Below, in pieces: positions 1 through 5,805 of a stretch of 24,000 nucleotides of DNA. The notes beneath the pieces are model-generated. The model ran no database searches, was not told where the DNA came from, and saw only the letters and a program-made list of their open reading frames with translations. This DNA comes from Ignavibacteriales bacterium (GTDB lineage Bacteria > Bacteroidota > Ignavibacteria > Tepidaquicellales > Tepidaquicellaceae). The position numbers and the translations under genes were made by a program. The stretch lies in contig JACKAC010000001.1 of NCBI GenBank assembly GCA_020635255.1, positions 976,814-1,000,813 on the forward strand. The letters run 5' to 3'. Each line of letters begins with the position of its first letter. Position 1 is the first letter of the stretch.

Positions 1-1051
1 TCGCGTTAAAACTGTGCCGGTTGGATTTAAAATCATGTATGTCGCCTACGTGACTGTACGGGAAAGGGTTCTCCGGTTTTTTGAGGTTCGGCGCGATAGG
101 AATTGGAAATTGCGGTACTATGTCCGAAGTATTATTCACCCTGTGCAGAACCACATTCTTCATCGTATCGATATAGTTCGAGAAAGCCCCGTTGCCCACT
201 CGCGGGCACCCGAATATATACGCCACGATATTATCCACGTCGGGAGCATTCTTATCCAGGTCCGCGCTCAATATCGCCGCGACCGCCGCCCCGGAACTGT
301 GCCCCGCTACCACCACGTTCAACGGCTTCACCGGGTAATTCTTCACCAGGTCCATCACCCCGTTCCTCATATTCAGATACACCTTTAGAAATCCCGTATG
401 CAGCATCACGTCCTTATAATAATCATCCCCCGTGTAACCCAAAAACGCCGCGGGAGTCAGATCGTACTCGATGTCCTCCAGCCACTCCGTGTTTGAGTTC
501 GTTCCCCGGCATATTATAGCCAGCGTGTGCGGATTCTCGTCTATCGACAAAACCATTATAAACGCGTCGCCCCTCGATGCGAACCCCTCATCTGTGAACA
601 TCTTCACCAGCTTCGTCCCCGGGGGAAGCTCCAGATCCTTGTCCTTATGTGTGGTAACGTTCGCTTCCAGGCGGATTATTCCGTCCATGCACCAGCGTCC
701 CAGCGCCGGGTCCCAGCGGGTAAAATCCGCCGTATCCTGCTCCGTAAGAGGTCTCGGGATGGGCATGTTTATCACGCGGTTCGAATCTATCCTCTCGTTA
801 CTGTTCGTGATAAGCCCCAGCACGGTGTCCTGCACCTTGCCCACGACGAGGAAGTACGTAAAGCCCGTCATCAGCAATAACCCCGCCGCCAGCTCGCCGA
901 ATATCATCCACTTCATCCAGCGCGGTGTGCTTTCGCGGATCTTTCTATTTGTAATGATGTGAAGATACGGCAGGAATATCACAGCCGTAAAGCCCAGGAC
1001 GACCATCAGGAGGTCCTCAAACTTCAGGATATCGAGGAGATCTGTACCCAT
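1..1051 (-). CDS. Class-3 lipase (Lipase_3, alpha/beta hydrolase) family protein with N-terminal TM helix; its C-terminal end lies beyond the window start
   Basis: Own translation of the minus strand from ATG (complement of 1051-1049): MGTDLLDILKFEDLLMVVLGFTAVIFLPYL..., open down to position 1. It is absent from the ORF track because no stop falls in the window. It contains the nucleophile elbow VVVAGHSSGAAVAA (GxSxG), then DIVPQFP and YSHVG, the class-3 lipase pattern. The + strand ORFs at 14-962 are antisense shadows. Confidence 0.75.
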   Translation of the reverse strand, partial: MGTDLLDILKFEDLLMVVLGFTAVIFLPYLHIITNRKIRESTPRWMKWMIFGELAAGLLLMTGFTYFLVVGKVQDTVLGLITNSNERIDSNRVINMPIPRPLTEQDTADFTRWDPALGRWCMDGIIRLEANVTTHKDKDLELPPGTKLVKMFTDEGFASRGDAFIMVLSIDENPHTLAIICRGTNSNTEWLEDIEYDLTPAAFLGYTGDDYYKDVMLHTGFLKVYLNMRNGVMDLVKNYPVKPLNVVVAGHSSGAAVAAILSADLDKNAPDVDNIVAYIFGCPRVGNGAFSNYIDTMKNVVLHRVNNTSDIVPQFPIPIAPNLKKPENPFPYSHVGDIHDFKSNRHSFNA

Positions 1052-1300
1052 GCGTAAAAATACTAATATATGGAGTATTTTGTAAGGATTAAATTAATGT
1101 AAACCCATTACCGCTATGGACCTTATACCCCCTCATATAAAGAACTGAGCGGAGCCTCGATAATCTGAGACCCCGCTTTAAGGGATGAAATTTTGGTTTG
1201 AAGAGCCTCCTTCAGGCTCCCCCTAAAGATATGTTATTTAGGTTAGGCGGAGCCAAACAACCACGTAAAAACTCCGCTAAAAGATTTGTAATGTTGAGAA

Positions 1301-1612
1301 CTAAACTGCGCCCGTTCCGTTCTTCGGGTACCAGAATGCCGAGATATTATCCACCAGCCTGTAAAACTCATCCTCCATTATCTTCATCTTGCTCATGTCC
1401 TCGCGGGAAAGCTCCTCGCCCGCGTTCAGCTTCACGATGTACAGCTTAAAATATGAATTGATCTGTATTATCTGCAAAAGGGATTCCTCTGTCAGCCCGT
1501 CCAGTATCTCGTTAGCGTTCCTTACGGGTATCTCATCGCCCACGATCTTCACTATATCTCTCGTGATCCCTGTGTTCCTCTCCAGTTTCCTTATCAGTTT
1601 TTCTGTTTCCAA
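1301..1612 (-). CDS. Hypothetical small protein (103 aa), predicted helical and charged
   Basis: ORF track entry with a TTG start and no recognisable motif. Its silent sites are G/A-ending (CTG, GTG, ACG, AGG, ATA), matching the native strand bias on this side of the window. That favours it over the overlapping + strand ORF 1389-1628. Confidence 0.45.
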   Translation of the reverse strand: METEKLIRKLERNTGITRDIVKIVGDEIPVRNANEILDGLTEESLLQIIQINSYFKLYIVKLNAGEELSREDMSKMKIMEDEFYRLVDNISAFWYPKNGTGAV

Positions 1613-1879
1613 TTTTTTCTTTCTTTAGTTTTGCGGTGCTTTCCTTACCGCTCTGATACAAATTATAAAAAATATGCCCTCTCCCCAAAGAAAGATTTCG
1701 CGATTGTCACAGTAAAATAGGAGATTGTTTTTACATGAGGTTAAGAATTAGGGAAGATGTTTAGAAAAATTAATTATCTATAATTCACCAAGGGTTTAAT
1801 AGATTAACGCCAAAAGTCCTGTAATAATAATTTTTTTTTCTTATTTTTATATTTTTTATATTCATAATTTCACCTATTG

Positions 1880-2569
1880 ATGACTAATCAAATTGATGAA
1901 AAAATAACACTTTTCAAAGAGGACATAAAATCACAGAAACTATCGCCAGAAGAAGTCTTTCAAAAGCATATAATTGATGGTAATTCATTTTTTTATGAAG
2001 TATATCAGAATGATTTAGATAGTGAGTATAAGGCAAAGAAGACTATTACTGATTTTCTGATAACGGATATTAATAATATAAGGATAATTGGTTCGGCCAA
2101 GTTAGGCTATAGCTTGAAGCCAAACAATTTATTTAAGTTGTTTGACGCAAAGTATGAAGAAACTAATCAAAATAAGGATAAGTCTGATATTGATATCGCT
2201 ATTATAGATGATATTGTGTTCGAAAGGATTAGTAAGAAATTATTTGAGTATACGAATTCATATTCTATGTCAGAAAGATGGTCGGAAAATGAATATTATA
2301 ATGGAAATAAATTAGATCGTTTCGAAGGCATTCCTTTATGTTTTAAATATTTTGAATATTATACAAAAGGGTGGTTTAGGCCTGATATGAAGCCTCAAGG
2401 ATTTGAAATATGTGACAATAGTAATTATGAAGAATTAAAAAAAATATTTTTTATGAATCATAAAAGAAAAATTAGTTTAGCAATTTATAAAAATTGGTTT
2501 TATTTTAAGGATTACCATTTAAATAATATTAAAAGCCTTTCATTTAGAATTCAAAGTGAAGTAATATGA
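1880..2569 (+). CDS. Hypothetical protein, possibly a polymerase-beta-fold nucleotidyltransferase-like protein
   Basis: ORF of about 229 aa (ATG at 1880, directly after the TTG at 1877 used by the track) in a strongly AT-rich island. The motif IIGSAKLGYSL...(22 aa)...SDIDIAIID resembles the NTase signature hG[GS]-x(n)-DhDh, but the spacer is longer than canonical, so the fold call is weak. Its stop overlaps the next gene's start (ATGA at 2566-2569). Confidence 0.55.
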   Translation: MTNQIDEKITLFKEDIKSQKLSPEEVFQKHIIDGNSFFYEVYQNDLDSEYKAKKTITDFLITDINNIRIIGSAKLGYSLKPNNLFKLFDAKYEETNQNKDKSDIDIAIIDDIVFERISKKLFEYTNSYSMSERWSENEYYNGNKLDRFEGIPLCFKYFEYYTKGWFRPDMKPQGFEICDNSNYEELKKIFFMNHKRKISLAIYKNWFYFKDYHLNNIKSLSFRIQSEVI

Positions 2570-3723
2570 AGAATGTAAAATTAGATTCTAGCATTCCCGC
2601 AAATAATATTAAAATTATTGAGATTTATAATAAACTAAAAAAAAATGAATTATATTTTGATAGGGGATATCAAAGAAAACTTGTTTGGAGAAAACAACAC
2701 AAATACAAATTTATTGAAACCATATTGCTTAATTTTCCATTTCCAGAGGTATATTTTGCTCCAGGAGAATTGAATACAGACAAACTTTTACTGAGTGATC
2801 AAGTGGTAGATGGACAACAACGTTTAACAACGATTTACAATTATATAGAGGAGAAGGATGTATTTGTGTATGAAAATCTTCCTATTAAAAAGTTTTCTGA
2901 ATTAGGGAAAGGTGAAAAAAATGAATTTCTAAATTATGAAGTATCAGTTAGATACTTGAAAAATGCTAATCATAAACAAATAAAAGAAATTTTTCAAAGA
3001 ATAAATAGTACAGAATATTCATTAAACGCAACAGAAAGAATAAATGCCCAATGGGGAGATAGTGAATTTATTTGTTTCTCGAAGCAAATAGTAGAAGTTG
3101 ACTTAGATATAGATTTAGATTTAATTAATTATAAAATATCTGAAGCAAACAGAACTTTCTTTGTAAATTTTTTCCATAAAAAGTATAATATTTTTACAGA
3201 AAATGATATTAATCGTATGTTAGCGCTTCAGTATATTTTAACTCTAGTAACAACATTGTGCGAGAAAGAATATTTTAGAAGAAACACTAAGGTTCAATCA
3301 TACATAGAAAACTATTTTGATGAATTTATTGATGCTGGGGAGGTTGAATTAAATTTGCTGGAAACTCTCAAATTTATAGATAACTTAAACCTGCCAGATA
3401 ATTCTTATTGGTTTAATAAGGCTAATATCTTTACACTTATAGTGGAGTGTTATAATTATAATTTGACTAGAGTTAATCCTGTTTTATTTAAAATGGAATT
3501 GGAGGAATTGGAATACTATAACTTAAATCATGATTTCGTTTTAATATTTAAAGAGGATATAGAGAGAGGACAACTTAAATTTGCAGAACCTGTAAAAATA
3601 CCTAAGGATATGATTAAGTATTTTGATTTAGCTAAGGAAGCTGTTAACGAAAAGAATTCTAGAGAATATAGGGGGAAAATGGTTAGAGAAATGTTAGATT
3701 CATCTTCAAAAGATGATGCTTAG
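2566..3723 (+). CDS. DUF262 (ParB/Srx-like, GmrSD N-terminal type) domain protein without a recognisable DUF1524/HNH module
   Basis: The N-terminus GYQRKLVWRKQHKYKFIETILLNFPFPEVYF ... VVDGQQRLTTIYNYI matches the DUF262 hallmarks (QR-x-x-VW and DGQQRLTT). No His-Me/HNH motif is seen in the C-terminal half. The gene has a 4-bp overlap with the upstream ORF and sits in the AT-rich island. Confidence 0.8.
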   Translation: MKNVKLDSSIPANNIKIIEIYNKLKKNELYFDRGYQRKLVWRKQHKYKFIETILLNFPFPEVYFAPGELNTDKLLLSDQVVDGQQRLTTIYNYIEEKDVFVYENLPIKKFSELGKGEKNEFLNYEVSVRYLKNANHKQIKEIFQRINSTEYSLNATERINAQWGDSEFICFSKQIVEVDLDIDLDLINYKISEANRTFFVNFFHKKYNIFTENDINRMLALQYILTLVTTLCEKEYFRRNTKVQSYIENYFDEFIDAGEVELNLLETLKFIDNLNLPDNSYWFNKANIFTLIVECYNYNLTRVNPVLFKMELEELEYYNLNHDFVLIFKEDIERGQLKFAEPVKIPKDMIKYFDLAKEAVNEKNSREYRGKMVREMLDSSSKDDA

Positions 3724-3829
3724 ATCTTTTTGGTTATAAAAATAGTTTCTATAAAAAAGTATATATACGTATCTAACCCTTTCTTCTTTGCATTAAAATA
3801 CCCTTCCCCTTAAATTCATATATTGAAAT

Positions 3830-3925
3830 CCCCTCCGATGGGTCAACGACTCGACTCGTAGAGAGGGGTGGTCCCGACAAAGTCGGGAGCGGGTCTATGA
3901 CCTCGTAGAGGGTGGGTTGACTTAG
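3830..3925. repeat. Cluster of GC-rich hairpin repeat modules (dispersed family)
   Basis: tcccgacaaagtcggga (3872-3888) is nearly identical to tcccgacaagtcggga at 11273-11288. gagggtgggttgacttag (3908-3925) is a diverged inverted copy of tagattcaacccacccc, which occurs at 9648, 11254 and 15521. Confidence 0.6.
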
Positions 3926-3958
3926 TATCCACACCCGCAATAAATCACACTACCACGA

Positions 3959-4765
3959 ATGAGATATAGGATCACGCTGTCATCTGACCAAACTCAGACA
4001 ATACCCATAAACTACCAGTACGAACTCTCACGTCTCGTCAATCGTACTATCAAAAACGGCAACCCGCGCCTCTCACGCTTCATACACGGCGGAGGTATCA
4101 GCTTCAACCGCAGGCAATACCGCGCTTTCACCTTCTCGCGCCTCTGGATTCCTAACCGTCAGATACTCAATAACCGCATTCTTATTATGCCCGGTGAGAT
4201 CAAATTCGTTTTCTCCACACCCAGCCTTATGATACGCGACGCTCTCTATGACGGACTCCTAAAGCGTGGTCCCTTCCGCGTCGGCTCCGCGGGCTTCCGT
4301 GTTACCGCGGTCGAAGACCGTGCTCAGCCTTACTTCGGACACCGCGCCCGCTTCACCACTCTCTCGCCCGTGGCGCTCTCCAAAAAGAAGGACTTCCGCC
4401 GTCCGCTCTCCGGCAAAAATGTAAAACAGACATACCTGCGCCCCGGCGACAGCTTCTTCAATAGCTTCCTCAAAAAAAGTCTCGAAAATAAATATATAGC
4501 TCACCGCGTTGCCAGAGGTGAGCCTCTCTCAAAATTCAAAAAACCCTTCTACAGATCTCTCATAGATCATATCAATATACGGGGCAGTCCGCGCCCCAAA
4601 CTCATCACAATAAAAGAAGGAACAAGGCAAAGCTACCGCGTTCCGTGCGCCCTGTTCGAGATCGAACTCACCGGCTCGCCCGCCATTATCGAATTTGCTT
4701 ACGACGCGGGCATCGGAAAACACACCTCGCTCGGCTTCGGATGCCTCGACACTTTGTCATGCTGA
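3959..4765 (+). CDS. cas6: CRISPR-associated endoribonuclease Cas6 (RAMP family)
   Basis: 268 aa. The N-terminus MRYRITLSSDQTQTIPINYQYELSRLV is a typical Cas6 start. An internal TTLSPVALS segment and the C-terminal glycine-rich loop AGIGKHTSLGFGCL (G-x-G...GFG) are also present. Codon usage is host-like (C-ending, matching the local strand bias), so the gene does not look recently acquired. Confidence 0.85.
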   Translation: MRYRITLSSDQTQTIPINYQYELSRLVNRTIKNGNPRLSRFIHGGGISFNRRQYRAFTFSRLWIPNRQILNNRILIMPGEIKFVFSTPSLMIRDALYDGLLKRGPFRVGSAGFRVTAVEDRAQPYFGHRARFTTLSPVALSKKKDFRRPLSGKNVKQTYLRPGDSFFNSFLKKSLENKYIAHRVARGEPLSKFKKPFYRSLIDHINIRGSPRPKLITIKEGTRQSYRVPCALFEIELTGSPAIIEFAYDAGIGKHTSLGFGCLDTLSC

Positions 4766-4809
4766 ACCTTGATTCAGCATCTAGATCATCCCCCCTTTAC
4801 AAAGGGGGG
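4759..4809 (+). terminator. Two consecutive hairpins after the cas6 stop (possible terminator or processing structure)
   Basis: atgctgaa(4759-4766)/ttcagcat(4773-4780) form an 8-bp stem that overlaps the TGA stop. It is followed by cccccctttacaaagggggg (4790-4809). No clear U-tract follows, so a terminator function is uncertain. The second hairpin recurs at 11112-11132. Confidence 0.3.
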
Positions 4810-4948
4810 AAAAGAGGGGGGTTAAATAAATAGCTTACCTCCGTTCTTTAACTAAGGGGGGTTAAATAAAAAACCTCACCTAATCAACCTACAAGCGGCA
4901 GGCTTTCTCCTTAGAAAGCATCCGTTCCGCGTTCCGTCCTTGACGGGA

Positions 4949-4969
4949 TTAGAACATGTGTAAATTGGG
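4949..4969 (+). repeat. 21-bp direct repeat, copy 1 (ttagaacatgtgtaaattggg)
   Basis: Matches 5417-5437 (ttggaacatgtgtaaagtggg) at 19 of 21 positions. The two copies bracket the tandem array. Confidence 0.7.
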
Positions 4970-4986
4970 ACAATAATTAAACGACT

Positions 4987-5042
4987 CGCCGTTGTTGGTG
5001 TTATAGGCGAAATAAAATGAGCCGTCACCAACAACACTATTA
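4987..5042 (+). repeat. 56-bp hairpin-containing direct repeat H1, abutting the left end of the tandem array
   Basis: cgccgttgttggtgttataggcgaaataaaatgagccgtcaccaacaacactatta. It holds a 10-bp perfect inverted repeat, gttgttggtg (4991-5000) / caccaacaac (5026-5035). It recurs at 5654-5708 with a single 1-nt deletion. Confidence 0.85.
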
Positions 5043-5411
5043 CTGTCACCGAACTTTTGCCGTAGGCACTCCTTCGGAGAAATCAACCTCAGAAGGAGAT
5101 TCGGGAAATTATTGTCACCGAACTTTTGCCGTAGGCACTCCTTCGGAGAAATCAACCTCAGAAGGAGATTCGGGAAATTATTGTCACCGAACTTTTGCCG
5201 TAGGCACTCCTTCGGAGAAATCAACCTCAGAAGGAGATTCGGGAAATTATTGTCACCGAACTTTTGCCGTAGGCACTCCTTCGGAGAAATCAACCTCAGA
5301 AGGAGATTCGGGAAATTATTGTCACCGAACTTTTGCCGTAGGCACTCCTTCGGAGAAATCAACCTCAGAAGGAGATTCGGGAAATTATTGTCACCGAACT
5401 TTAAATCAACC
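5038..5411 (+). repeat. Perfect 69-bp tandem repeat: five identical full units (5044-5388) plus a sixth unit with a 22-nt internal deletion (5389-5411)
   Basis: The unit is tgtcaccgaacttttgccgtaggcactccttcggagaaatcaacctcagaaggagattcgggaaattat. Unit starts at 5044, 5113, 5182, 5251 and 5320 were checked base by base and are identical. Each unit contains the 7-bp inverted repeat ctccttc/gaaggag with a 16-nt loop, plus ccgaa/ttcgg pairings. The period equals a typical CRISPR repeat plus spacer, but there is no variable part. Confidence 0.95.
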
Positions 5412-5416
5412 CATAC

Positions 5417-5437
5417 TTGGAACATGTGTAAAGTGGG
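5417..5437 (+). repeat. 21-bp direct repeat, copy 2
   Basis: See 4949-4969. This copy is also the left arm of an imperfect hairpin, gaacatgtg ... catatgttc (5420-5450). Confidence 0.7.
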
Positions 5438-5545
5438 CGGTCATATGTTCAGTGAGGCGCCGCGCCGTTCTTTAAATCAACCTACCATGGTGCAGAGTGA
5501 CTTCTGGCCATCATAGAAAAGTAAATAAGTTAAAATTAGGAGGGT

Positions 5546-5595
5546 CCGCGGGCTTCACGCTTGCCTCACCGCGTCAGCGAAGCCGGATCCCGCGG
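5546..5595. other. GC-rich compound hairpin in the non-coding tract
   Basis: Three stem segments separated by bulges: ccgcggg (5546-5552) pairs with cccgcgg (5589-5595), cttc (5553-5556) with gaag (5579-5582), and acgc (5557-5560) with gcgt (5571-5574). Function unknown. Confidence 0.4.
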
Positions 5596-5653
5596 GCTCT
5601 GAGCTTGTCCGGTTCCTTGTCATATTCATCACCTTGAGATTTCTCCCCAATTC

Positions 5654-5708
5654 CGCCGTTGTTGGTGTTATAGGCGAATAAAATGAGCCGTCACCAACAA
5701 CACTATTA
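5654..5708 (+). repeat. 55-bp hairpin-containing direct repeat H2 (second copy of H1)
   Basis: Identical to 4987-5042 except for one missing A in the loop (gcgaataaaatga versus gcgaaataaaatga). Confidence 0.85.
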
Positions 5709-5805
5709 AGATCTCTCCTCAATTTCTTCACTGAAGTTGACTTTTAAATTAGTTATCTTTGTTAATACATTACATAGCTAAGACAAAAATAACTATATAT
5801 AAATA

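Noticed and set aside
14-962. + strand ORFs (124, 138, 163 and 117 aa) at the window start
   Set aside because: They are Pro/Arg/Ser-rich, low-complexity translations antisense to a well-supported class-3 lipase gene on the minus strand.
1880-2569. The 229-aa partner of DUF262 as the missing DUF1524 (His-Me) nuclease half of a split GmrSD
   Set aside because: No (D/E)H..P or His-Me finger-like motif is visible. The only suggestive signature is an NTase-like GS...DID, so the split-GmrSD reading is not supported by the sequence.
5038-5411. Calling the 69-bp array a canonical CRISPR array
   Set aside because: All five units are identical over the full 69 bp, so there is no variable spacer and no definable repeat/spacer boundary. 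The only degenerate extra copies share just a 13-mer, and no cas1, cas2 or effector genes are nearby. It is kept as a CRISPR-like or Cas6-linked tandem repeat instead.
4949-5516. ORFs 4949-5425 (-), 5017-5475 (+) and 5112-5516 (+) as repeat-containing proteins
   Set aside because: They exist only because the 69-bp unit (23 codons) happens to lack stops in 3 of 6 frames. All three mutually overlapping frames are open, none has a plausible start context, and the second copy of the flanking element (5654-5708) carries a frameshifting 1-nt indel.
4766-5805. Interpreting the gene-free repeat tract as oriC because of the nearby skew switch
   Set aside because: No cluster of DnaA boxes is present. 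I found only isolated 8/9 matches to TTATCCACA at 231-239, 1347-1355 and 3925-3933, all outside the tract. The skew change lies about 1.3 kb further right, inside kgd. This cannot be decided without whole-replicon data.
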